The translations under genes were made by a program, and so were the position numbers. A DNA stretch of 64,000 nucleotides from Schmidtea nova (lineage: Eukaryota), in contig CM097882.1 of NCBI GenBank assembly GCA_044892505.1, positions 106,516,001-106,580,000 on the forward strand, read 5' to 3'. Under the pieces are notes generated by a model. It ran no database searches. It was given only the letters and a program-made list of their open reading frames with translations, and was not told the origin of the DNA. This document shows, piece by piece, positions 34,647-45,376 of this stretch (the stretch's first letter is position 1; each line of letters starts with the position of its first letter).

Positions 34647-35318
34647 ATGTCGTACATGGCACAGGGAAATGTAAAAGATGTTAATCCGACCGTGGTATAT
34701 CGCGGCGAAGACCAATTAGTTCCCTCAAAAGTTAAACCATTTTTCTCTACTGAATGCTATGTTTATTACCAGTTAATTCCCCGACAACAATTTTTTGGTT
34801 GCATCATACTTGCTCAAATGTTTAATAAACTAATACAGATGTCAACAGCTGATGTTATGAAAAGATTGACCCAAATTCGAAATTTGGAACAAGGGAGTGC
34901 AGAGAGTGGAACGGTCTCTCCATTCAAGGAGCTACCTGCGCCGATATTGCGGACCATAAATGCTCAAATGTACAAGTGGAGGCGCGGATTTGGTCGTAAA
35001 TGCCCGTTTTCCATATGGGCTGGAGGAAACGATCGGATACTCTACCGAGGAGGACCGAATTGGCCAATTTCACCAAGGCCTTATTCGAGGAAATTTGGGC
35101 GGATAATCATTATGATCAATGACTCAGAGGGACGACCGGGTCGAATAATTTATTGGGGACATATCCCTCGCCGGGAGTTATGCCAATTGGGACTACAAGC
35201 GTTTCTGCCGCGGAAACCGTTTGGCAAGGAATGTCAGGATGGGCAAACCCTATTTTCTTGGGCTCGCCTTCGACGGATGCCGATCAACAACGAACTACAC
35301 AGCCTATTTCGGCGATAA
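34647..35318 (+). CDS. Family-A protein of unknown function (true start possibly ATG 34840)
   Basis: PILRTINAQMYKWRR...YRGGPNWPISPR...RIIIMINDSEGRPGRIIYWGHIPRRELCQLG aligns by eye with 40503-41144. Confidence 0.65.
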   Translation: MSYMAQGNVKDVNPTVVYRGEDQLVPSKVKPFFSTECYVYYQLIPRQQFFGCIILAQMFNKLIQMSTADVMKRLTQIRNLEQGSAESGTVSPFKELPAPILRTINAQMYKWRRGFGRKCPFSIWAGGNDRILYRGGPNWPISPRPYSRKFGRIIIMINDSEGRPGRIIYWGHIPRRELCQLGLQAFLPRKPFGKECQDGQTLFSWARLRRMPINNELHSLFRR

Positions 35319-35499
35319 AATTTTCTGACAATGATAATTATAAATAAAAATCTTATTGTTTCTTAATGGTCTTTGTTTTTGAATTTTTGAATTATTAAGT
35401 CTATCATGTTCTCGACCAAAAAATCATGTACTCATATTGTAATTTTAAGCATATTTTAACCATAAAGCGACAAGGCAGTTATTTTAAATCAATTATAGA

Positions 35500-36033
35500 A
35501 TGAATACTGATCTGGCACAAAGAGAGTTGGAAAAGATGTGGCGAATCCAGAGAGCCCAGGACAAGGAAATGGGCCTCCTCAAAGCGCAACTATCCAAAGC
35601 CGAGGCGCAAGTCACCTATTTGCGAAAAAGCTGGTTCGCTCCGGCTAGAATGAAGGAACAGATTGGGAAAACCGAACGTGCCCAGCAAACCGCAGCCGAT
35701 TATAAGATGGAATGGGAAGCTACCAAAATAGAGCTTCGGAAATGCCTCCATTCAGTGACTGCCTCTTATATCGAAAGAGAATTGAGAGATCAAATCCGGC
35801 CGGTCACATATCAGGAATGGACGGCGGAAAAGAAAAGCGTCAACTCGATTGGCACGGACGTCGATGATCTCATTGAAGACCGAAACAAGCCAGTTCCAGC
35901 AATCAACCCGTCCACTTCAACTGCAAATGCGCACCCGAAACGCAAGCGCATCGGGCAGAAAAGGCGAAGGCAAAGAAAACTATTCGCGCAACGATTGCAG
36001 AACCAAGTTGACGGCCTGCACAAAATGACATAG
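35500..36033 (+). CDS. Family-B coiled-coil/Arg-rich protein (177 aa), intact
   Basis: LRKSWFAPARMKEQI...QTAADYKMEWEATKIELRKCL; tail PKRKRIGQKRRRQRKLF; AATAAA downstream. Confidence 0.8.
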   Translation: MNTDLAQRELEKMWRIQRAQDKEMGLLKAQLSKAEAQVTYLRKSWFAPARMKEQIGKTERAQQTAADYKMEWEATKIELRKCLHSVTASYIERELRDQIRPVTYQEWTAEKKSVNSIGTDVDDLIEDRNKPVPAINPSTSTANAHPKRKRIGQKRRRQRKLFAQRLQNQVDGLHKMT

Positions 36034-36330
36034 GAGGAATTATTAACAGAAATATTTCCCCCAGTCGGAGTTTTCACCGAACTAATTAAAGATTAAATAA
36101 ATTCTCGTATTCTCGTCAAATTTTTGTTGTTTACTTAAATTGGTTTAGTTAACTTAACGAATAATTAGATACCTGTAATATAAAAATATAAATTCATCAC
36201 ACAAAATACCTAAGAAAGGTAAATAAATAATTAAGTGAGCATTATGTTAAAAACCCTTCATGCAGAATAAGAGATGTTAAAGACAAATTTTCTGAAAGTT
36301 TATTGTGGAGTACATAAGCAGATGATTAAA

Positions 36331-36470
36331 GCGTAAGTCCTTCTAACGGCAGCAATGAACCCGTAAACATAAATGGGGAGTAGTACTAGCGATAGTGCTC
36401 ACCTGCCCATCATTGTTTAACCACCCTGCGCATCACCAACTTGATTATATAGGGAAATAGTCAAGGGCGC
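36331..36470 (+). ncRNA. Conserved structured cis-RNA element 3' of ORF B
   Basis: Homologs at 15843-15975 (+), 31119-30978 (-), 42779-42645 (-), partial about 56640-56690 (+); compensatory base changes in stems (see findings). Confidence 0.6.
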
Positions 36471-39400
36471 TTGAGTGTATAGTTGCAATTTTATGTATGA
36501 TCATGGATGAGGGATCCCTAGTCATTGTTAGAACATTTTTCATCTAACCCCTCCATGAACCCAGCACTTTTTATAATATTAATTATTTTATTTCTATTTA
36601 TTCTAATACTTTGCATTTAAATCTTTAGGATAATATTATCTTACTTTATCATATTTATTTTATTCTATTATTATTGTTTATTTATTTAAATGTTGGTCAT
36701 TTGGTGGACCCAACAATTTTTTGTTTTAATAATCATTAATTTTAGTTACCATATAATTGTGATTGACATTTAATTTATTTTTGATGAGTGTTATGTTTTC
36801 TAAATAACCATAAAATTCTATGGGAAAATATTATGAAATGAAATGATAAAAATTTCTTGAATTGTAATTTTATTTATTTTTATAAATTTCACATGCATAT
36901 AATATATACCCATTAGTATAGAAACCCGTATATACTTTAATTAATTTTGACTTCACGTGTTTTAAATATGAATTATTATGTTAGTTTTTCTTATTTAAAT
37001 TATTCCCAATCGCTATGTTCTCCTAAAAGCTATCAAGGAGCAAGATGAAATTATTATTTATTTCGATATGAATTTCAATATGAATAGCACTATCTATAAT
37101 AATTAAGAAAAAAGAACTAAGCTGTAATAATTTATATCATAAATTATTTATTTTTTTAATTATGTTTAATTTGCACTTTTAAGTGTTTTTTTCATTACTG
37201 ATTTGATAGATTTTTTGAAATTCCAGAAAAATTCGAGCACTAAGTGCTTTTTGTTTAAGCAGTAAATATTTAAGCACTTAGTGCTTTTAAATGAAAAGAA
37301 ATTTTCTTTAAACTAATAATAATTATAATAATAACAATAATACAATAATAATAATAACAGCAACAACAATAATAATTTTAAAACTACAATAGTTAAAACA
37401 ATAATAGTAATAATAATTTCAGCAATAGCAGTAATTTTAAACTAATAATAACAATATTTTTTTACAATAATAGTAATAATAATAATATTTATTTCACTTA
37501 CTCACACATTACTACATCTAAACAAAAAAAATTTAAAATCAATAAATTAAAGAACACCATCAAAACCACAGTTAATTTAGTTCAACAGAATAAACTTAAA
37601 TGATCAAGTTTTTCAAAAGTGGTCACGATTGTCGTTTCGTCATTGTTGGCTTGATTAGTTCCGCTTGTGATCTACATATATGTGAATTCTGTACTTATTG
37701 GTACCTAATGTGTAATATTTTAATTTTATTACACTTATGACACTTCCATCTTCTAACATATTTATTTCCTCTGTAAGCAATGTAACTAGTTTTATAGGAT
37801 TTTGTTGAATGAAATATGTAGTTTATAAGTAGTATAGTTGGATTTATAGATGGTTATGGATAAGATACTTAGTTTGGGTGCATGAGGTGTTGATTGATGA
37901 AATGATTAACTTGATTGCAAATATAGATGCTTGGGTCACTTCTTGATTTTTAGAATTGGTATTTTATTGAATAAAATATATGATAGGATGCTATTGGGAT
38001 TTTATAAAGTAAGAATTAAATTTAAAATTTATAATTTTTACAAAATGGTTAAGGTAAAATTGAATTTACAAATGACGAAAATAATCATGAAAAATTAAAT
38101 TTATAATTTTTGTAACAATAAGGGATTTTGGGATTTTTAGGTAACTTACAGATTTTTCAGATCACATAAAATTTTATTAATAGATTTGCTGTCTTTTATC
38201 TAGAATTTCGGTTGGAATTAATTTTGATTTAGATTAAAATTTTCCCATTAAATTATAAGTCAAAATATTCCAAATAATTCGCTTATAATAGCAATGGTAG
38301 TTAAATTTAAGTTTTTAATCTAAAATATTTTATTACCTAATTTTAAAAGTTGAAGCATACTCTAGTAGCTAGAGTCTAGCTAAATAAAATTAAAAATAAA
38401 TAAAACTCATCAACTCAAATCAACCCAATCACATTCCAAGTCTTTGATGCCATAATATAGAGCCCATAAAACGTTAATCGACACTAGGAGTTATAGTTAT
38501 CGGTTAAAAAATTTAATTGATATTGAGACATTTCTTTCTATAGTTTATAGTGTTACGCTATGCCTCTCACTTTACTAATTAATTTATCAGATCTTCTTGA
38601 TTATTCTTAAAATCAAAACGAAAATTATTAAAATTTACTCCGTTTCTCTGGTATCTTAGCAACGATACTAGTTAAATTATGGAAATAAAGAAGTCTAAAT
38701 CACCCTCTGGTTGTCAAAAACTCAAGTATCATACTGATAATTTAAATTATATCAAAAAAATATTGGAAACTTCTGATTTTTATTTAATATCAAACTCAAA
38801 TAAAACAAAACTATAAAAAAATTTATTTTTTGAAAATCACTAGCAAGTCGGTAAATTCTCCAGTCATACCGATTTTCATTGGTCGACGTCATTATAGAAA
38901 ATGATTTATATAATATAGATGTCAATTTGCAAAAAACAGATTCCCCTTTCATGGTAGTAAGATATATATGCCTTGTAAATTTATGAATATTATTTTATGG
39001 TTTTTGAATTTTTATGTTTAATGAATTTTAATACAATATGTTTGGTTAGAACAAACATACAGTGGCGGACTGACCCGGGTTGCCGGGTTGCGTTAGCAAC
39101 CCGGGCCCTTTCCAAATGTAAGGGATCCGGGCCCAATGTAGAATAAAAATATATATTTTAGTTAATACCTATTGATTTGTACTTTATGTTGGGCCAGGCA
39201 AATCAGGCATCATCTAGAAAATAATATGAAATCAATAAAATAAATGTACAAAAAACAATAACAAAATAAATTACCAACACCAAGGTAGCAAAATAAGCGG
39301 CATGATCTAAAGGTAATAAAACCATAAATCAAAACAACATAAATCTTAAAAACTCACCCATGCGAATCAGATAAAATCTGAAAATGACAGCATGTGGGCG

Positions 39401-40502
39401 GACATCACCGGCCTGAAACAAAAATAAAAGAAAATTAAATAATAACAAAAGAAAATTACCGCATGAGTTAACAAACAAATCACTGAATTAAATTAGACAG
39501 CGAAAAGCCGACAAACACAAAAGAATAACAAGACATACACACATACTCGATGCTGATTGGCCGACCAACAACACCAAACTAGTATATATATACTGAAGTC
39601 AAATCAGTATTGGTATGTCATTTTTTACCGAGTGTAAGTTACAGTACCAACTGATAACTCGTAACCTTGCGAACAATATTGTGAATCAACTGGAAATAAA
39701 AGGTATAATTTGAGTTGTTATTTGATTGATTTTAAACCCTCATATTAAAATGAATAAGGATCGTCCCGGAGGCCTAATGGCCTGGCGGGACTCTCGGCCT
39801 TTCAGCACAACATATTTTCATATGAGGTGCTGATGCGGCGGGACCATAAGTGTTATAAATATTTCTTGATTGGGAGAGGGGTGCACATAGGATATCAATA
39901 ACCACCGTACCAATCATTTTTCCGTCAAGGTAAAGGTAATTCCGAATACATTCTACTAGTCATTGAAGGTTCAAGACAAAGGGTACTCATAAGTAGGTAA
40001 CAACTCGAAATGTCGAATATACATCCGATAGCAGATATGTAACTAGTAGCGAGCGGTAGGGTTAATAGCACATTCCCGACAAGGTACAAATACATGAACC
40101 CATCCTACAGGGGATTACCCTAAATACGAGGCCCAACACCCAAAACCGCCCAGTAAGTGACGATCATTATTAGTTATTGGCAAGAGTGATGATGACCAAA
40201 TGGGGGATGCCTGATAAAGATAAAAAGCATAAAGATAATCTCGTAAATAATGATGTGTCGATCGCGATGCAGAAATAAATTGATTAAAACTGAGTTCAGA
40301 GTAAATCAGTTCAGAATGATCTAAACTCACAACAACATCGTCCTACGCGGTAGAACCAGCGATCGTGATATGACCAACTTATCAGATAGATGAAACCTAC
40401 CTGAACAAAAATCACCACCCGTGTAGCTTAGTCGCGTATATATAGCCGATCAGTGTTGACATCTGATGATAATAAAACCAAACCAATTTCTGTTCAGACA
40501 AA

Positions 40503-41144
40503 ATGAAACAAGAGAAACTTTGGAAATCGCCCCTGGTCTCGCCACCCTCATCAAATGAGAGTCGAACCTATCGGAGGAAGCGGCAGGTCCGATCTATCCA
40601 TCCTGTGGCTAATCGCAACTACATGACCGAGATCCAAGGAGAGAAGGACGCTCCACGGCCAATCGCCGAACAGGCGCGTAGACATTTACGTCGATGGACA
40701 CGACGGCACATGAACGTGGCCGCTAATGTTCCAGCCTGCACATTCCGAGTGCAATTACGATGGGAGGGAGACGTAGACTGGACGTCATCACCTAGGCAGC
40801 CGGAGCAGAGACCCACAAGGTGGTTCTCTCAATTCGTAGACGAATCCGGACAACCTCGCTGGTTGTTAAGTTCAGGAGCTATGACCGGTCCCTCACTGTA
40901 CCAATTCGGATATCTGCTACTGGATAGGCCCCGGTGTAGCGACACTGGGGAAATCCAGCTCTACCCGAACGCTCCCGGAAGCGTCACTTTGGATCTCCAT
41001 CCTGAACCGAATGATCTCCGCTTATGGGAGGTGTTTATACACCAAGGCAAGTTGAGTTGGCACCCATCCCCGGAGCTATATCTCGCAGACGGGACCAGAC
41101 GAGACGATAACCAGGCCGACCAAGAATTACGATCTTTCTGCTAG
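40503..41144 (+). CDS. Family-A protein (213 aa), intact
   Basis: GC-rich intact ORF; RWFSQFVDESGQPRWLL, YQFGYLLLDRPRC, EVFIHQGKLSWHPSPELYLADGTR conserved with 55130-55710. Confidence 0.8.
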   Translation: MKQEKLWKSPLVSPPSSNESRTYRRKRQVRSIHPVANRNYMTEIQGEKDAPRPIAEQARRHLRRWTRRHMNVAANVPACTFRVQLRWEGDVDWTSSPRQPEQRPTRWFSQFVDESGQPRWLLSSGAMTGPSLYQFGYLLLDRPRCSDTGEIQLYPNAPGSVTLDLHPEPNDLRLWEVFIHQGKLSWHPSPELYLADGTRRDDNQADQELRSFC

Positions 41145-41358
41145 GAGAAAGAAGGCCATGGCCGAAAATCCGGAGGTCAAACCAATCATGTGTTATAATT
41201 AGAAATAAAAATCTATCTTTGTGAAAACAATCTTGTTCTGTTTTGTGAATGAATGTAAACGAGTGCGTGAGTAAGGAACAGTTGGGTGATACTAAAAATA
41301 CGAATAGGGAAACAAACAGATTTTTCGTTACATAAACTAAATATCCAATTTTGTAGAT

Positions 41359-41922
41359 ATGAACACCGAAAACTCACGCGATTATAAGAAAGAGGCTCGT
41401 GAGTACAAGGCTCGCTCCAAGGTCCTCGAGAGCCGCTTACGCCAGTTAAGCGAGGAGCATCGGCGGGTGAAGACTACGTGGTTAAACCCTGAGAGGGTCA
41501 AGGCAATATTACAGGCGAGATATCGCGCCGAACGGACGGCCGAAGACCAGTCGAGGGAAGTGGCCGCCGTCAAACTCGAGTTGCAAAATTATCTAAAGGC
41601 CTCAACGCAGGAGTTCGTGACTCAACAGTTACGTCCCATGATCAGGGCAAGCACGTTCAATAGATGGGTAGACACGATCGCTGTCACCACAAGCACTCAG
41701 ACAGAAACCGAATCAAACACAAAAATGACTACCCCATCGATAGTGATAACTCCGGAAGGTACTAAGCGGACCAAGCGTCGAAACCGCCTCAGGGCGAAGA
41801 AGCGTCGCGAGCGTCAAGCCTATGCAGAGCGTTTAGGCATCGAAGTCGATCTATTAAGCGGACTCTCCGAAAAACAGTTGTTGGATGTGATCCGGCCATC
41901 TATTTTGTTAAATTATAAATAA
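41359..41922 (+). CDS. Family-B' coiled-coil/Arg-rich protein (187 aa), intact
   Basis: KTTWLNPERVK...RTAED...VKLELQNYL...QQLRPMIR; tail KRTKRRNRLRAKKRRERQ. Confidence 0.8.
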   Translation: MNTENSRDYKKEAREYKARSKVLESRLRQLSEEHRRVKTTWLNPERVKAILQARYRAERTAEDQSREVAAVKLELQNYLKASTQEFVTQQLRPMIRASTFNRWVDTIAVTTSTQTETESNTKMTTPSIVITPEGTKRTKRRNRLRAKKRRERQAYAERLGIEVDLLSGLSEKQLLDVIRPSILLNYK

Positions 41923-42599
41923 ATGTATCATTGCTGAATGACTTGATTTGTTATCAGGTCTCGCTTTCCACTCAAATAATTTCCCTTTACACATGGGTAG
42001 GTTATCAAGGTGGATGAGAATTTTCGGTTATATTACTGAGATGGATTTCGTGTTTTGATGTTTGGATGGGAAATAGTTTACAATAGGGATTATTGCGTCT
42101 TGTGATGGATTAATGATGTAAAATGTAATGATTGTGTGGTGATATGTATGTTTGCTTTGATAGATATAGTATGGATTTTTCAGAAGAGTGATTGCGTGTA
42201 GTGGAATGTGGGATAAATCGTGAGGTTAGATAGGCAATTTTACGATGGATGAGATTGAATGAGTGCTTGTGAGATTTCCTGGAAGTATGATGCAGATTAA
42301 CGTTATTGAACGAAATGATATAGTGTGTGTGTGTTGATGAATGAATGGATTTTTGTAGTGTTATATATGGATATTACTAATGAATGAAATGGATGTTGTA
42401 TTTTGCAAGGATTTTATGGGTTAATTTTCATGAAATGAATTATGGATTTTACAATTATATAAATATACAAAGGTATTTTTAAAATTTTTATAAACTTTTT
42501 GTAATTTATTATACAATTAACTTTCGAATTAGGAAAATTTATATAATATTATATATTTTAGATTTCGTTTTTTACATTTTAACTTCTAAATTCTATAAT

Positions 42600-43680
42600 A
42601 CTGCTGGGTTCATGGAAGGGTTAGGAAAAATGAAATACTAATTGGTGCTATTGACCGTTCCCTATACGATCAAGTTGGAACTGCGCAAGGTGATTGAAAA
42701 ATGATGGGCAGGTGAGCTCCATAGCTGAACTACTCCCCATTTATTTTCACGGGTTCACGCTGCCGTTAGGTCTTATGCTATTAATTTTTACTCAATATTT
42801 AAAGGTGATTATTTGATAAATACTATAATATTTTCGGAAAAATATTATTTACTTCATTTAGAAACTATCTTAAGCTATAGCAAACCAAAACGAAAATGTA
42901 TAAACACCGAAAAAAAATTTTATTTTAAACAAAAATCTAGAAAATTCCAGGTGAGTGGAAAAATCTCAGGTAGCAGGTCTACTTCAATCATTTCTGACAT
43001 TTGATCAATTTTGACATGCAATTGTTGCGCGAATAACTTTTTCTGTATCCTGCGTTTCGAACCAACTCTTTTTCTTTTCTTCGGGTTGTTGCCTCAATGT
43101 AGGACGTCGTTACAGAGTGGAGGCACTTGCGCAACTCGATTTTGGTGGCCTCCCACTCTACCCTGTACTCATCTGCGGTTTGTTGTGCCCGTTCGGTACG
43201 TGTTATTTGCTCCTTCATTCGGGCTGGAGCGAACCAGCTTCTACGCAGATATTGGATTTGCGCTTCGGCCTTGGATAATTGGGCTTTTATTTGTTCGATT
43301 TCTCGTTCTAGACCACGTCTAATTCTTAGAGCTTTGTCTCGTTCGGCTGCATGATCCGAGGTTCGATTCGTACTATAATAAATAAAGTTTACGTGACCAA
43401 TTTGTTAGGAAGACAAACAATTTAATTATTGTTAACATTTAAGTAATTAAGTAGTTAACATTTAAGCACTTTAATTTTTGTTAAATTTAGGTACTTTTCT
43501 GTTTTTCCCTCTCCGATTTGTTGTTGGCCTCCTCACCTATTCAATTTATTTTAAACTTGCAGGTTATTTATTATTACTTAATTATTTAGGTTTTTCTATA
43601 CCTCTTTAAGGTTATTTTATTATTTTGTTATAATTATTATCCTCTTTTATGCATTTTTAGGCTATTTGGTGGGCCCAACA
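42600..43680 (-). mobile_element. Internally deleted B-type unit
   Basis: 5' terminus TGTTGGGCCCACCAAAT (43680 downward); B ORF about 43360-42985 closely similar to 35500 copy but missing the middle; conserved block 42779-42601. Confidence 0.75.
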
Positions 43681-45376
43681 ATACAAAAATTTTAATAATA
43701 AATTCATGATAGAAAATTTATAATAAAATTCTGAAATAAGAATAATTCAATAAAATTTATAAAATAATAAAATTTTCTAAATAGCAAATTTTCTTTTATC
43801 ATAATTATAATTCAATTTCAACACCTTTTGTGTAGTAGTTCGAACAGTTTCTTTACAGGCTAAATTTCGTTCGTATGCGAATTCTTCAAGCAAAGTACAT
43901 TCGAATTTTTTCCCAACATAACTGATTCATTTCTAATTTTTATTTAAGAGTCACGGCCTAGCAGGGAAAACTAAAAAAATTGGACAAGAATTCATCTTAT
44001 CTTCGTGAGGATATCAATGGATTTCATTTAATCCAGTTTCGTACAAATCAAACGAAGGAATTATCGTTGTTCATGACCGTCACTTTGGAATTTATTACGA
44101 AAACAACTTCTGAGAACTCAATTTATCCAAATGTGGATCTACATTATGAATGTTAGAAAACTCCCGCTCAGGCAAACTATGACAACCTTGAATGACTAGC
44201 TACGCGTGGTTTTGTGCCTTAATATTTCAACTCCGTACGATATCAATATTTTATCTATTGTGATTTGAATCATACGAACGCTATTTGCTAATTTTTTGCA
44301 AACCTATTTTGAGAGCGTTTAAATTCGTCGATGCAATTTGTCAAATTATTTACCATTATACGATTCAATGCGATTTAGTGTTTTTTTTAATAACTTTTTT
44401 AATAAATTTCATTTAGTCAGTTCTATAATTTGCCTATAATTTTCTAGGGGGGTATGCTGCATAACCTCCTCTGTGGGTAAAAAGAATACATAATAAAAAC
44501 TTAATTTAGCAAGATTGACTAATAAGTGTGGACAGCGGATTGTATGAGATGATGATTTTATTAAATATAAATTTGATTGTGTATTGTGTGGGTGCTTTGG
44601 AGCTGTTTGTTGTCACATTATAGATCGCCATTGGGGTAAATTAGTCTATAAGGTGTTATTGAGTGATTTTGAAGAGATATGAATAGAATTCTCCAGACAT
44701 GTTCTAAAAGTAACATATTGTATAGTCAACATAAATAAACGAAAACAATTAACTAAATCTTAAACAGGTTCATAGATTTTATAGAGTATACAATTGATAT
44801 GACACATGATTGTTGGATGAACTGATTAACTTAATTGTGAATAGGGATGCGTGTGACACAAGCAAATGATGTTATTGGATTTTGTGAATTGCAAGAAATT
44901 GTGACATTGGATGTAGTAGTTCCAAGTTGATAAGTATATTTATTTCCTAAATGAAATGATAAATTCTCAGTGAGATTAGAAGAATGTAGAATATGTTGTT
45001 GGATGAGATGGGTAGTGTAATGATGGATGTGAACGAGTAAATACTGTATGGATTTGCTGGATGAAACACACTGTATGCGGGTTTTAATGACTGAAATGAC
45101 ATAATTTACTTGAAATTATCGATGAATGAAATTTTGGGTATATTCTTAGATATGGGTAGTTGTTAGTGAGTGGTATGGGTTTATTGTTCTGGAAATATGA
45201 TTTTTGTGGATTTTTTTAGGTTTAAGGTAATTTATTTAAGATATATGATCATATTTTAAGTATACTTCGTGCGCGCTTTCTACGTGCTGTATTTAAACAA
45301 AATTTAGTTTTTTCCTAACACATTTATCCTCTTTATAATTAAATGAGTTCTAATGGATTTACTAATGTGTCAATTT

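Larger units (their letters stand above)
33434..36715 (+). mobile_element. Apparently complete 3.28-kb unit of an unassigned element family (ORF A + ORF B)
   Basis: Termini TGTTGGGCCCGCCAAATCACC / GGTCATTTGGTGGACCCAACA (about 21-bp imperfect inverted repeat); GATTGG 33785 + TATAAATA 33813; ORF A and ORF B each followed by AATAAA; conserved block 36331-36570. Confidence 0.75.
39187..41960 (+). mobile_element. A'/B' unit of the unassigned family (3' terminus not found)
   Basis: Starts TGTTGGGCCAGGCAAAT, A-rich tract, GATTGG 39555 + TATATATA 39583, then ORFs A' and B'. Confidence 0.7.

Noticed and set aside
36331-36420. B block as a known ribozyme (hammerhead, twister, HDV-like)
   Set aside because: Three-way junction lacks CUGANGA/GAAA; no twister AAGC loop; no HDV P1.1/GG or catalytic-C context recognised. 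Kept as an unknown structure.
39060-39140. CAGTGGCGGACTG hAT-like terminus; also GAACCACTG ends near 2270 and 2923
   Set aside because: No partner TIR or TSD found, so not called as elements.
40619-41573. Antisense ORFs overlapping A/B/C genes (e.g. 40619-40816, 41382-41573, 35811-36077, 46370-46730, 50798-51100)
   Set aside because: Shadow frames of GC-rich coding sequence; not conserved between copies.
39187-43680. Treating 39187 and 43680 as the two TIRs of one 4.5-kb element
   Set aside because: No TSD (TTTA vs ATAC); each end looks like the 5' start of a separate oppositely oriented unit.
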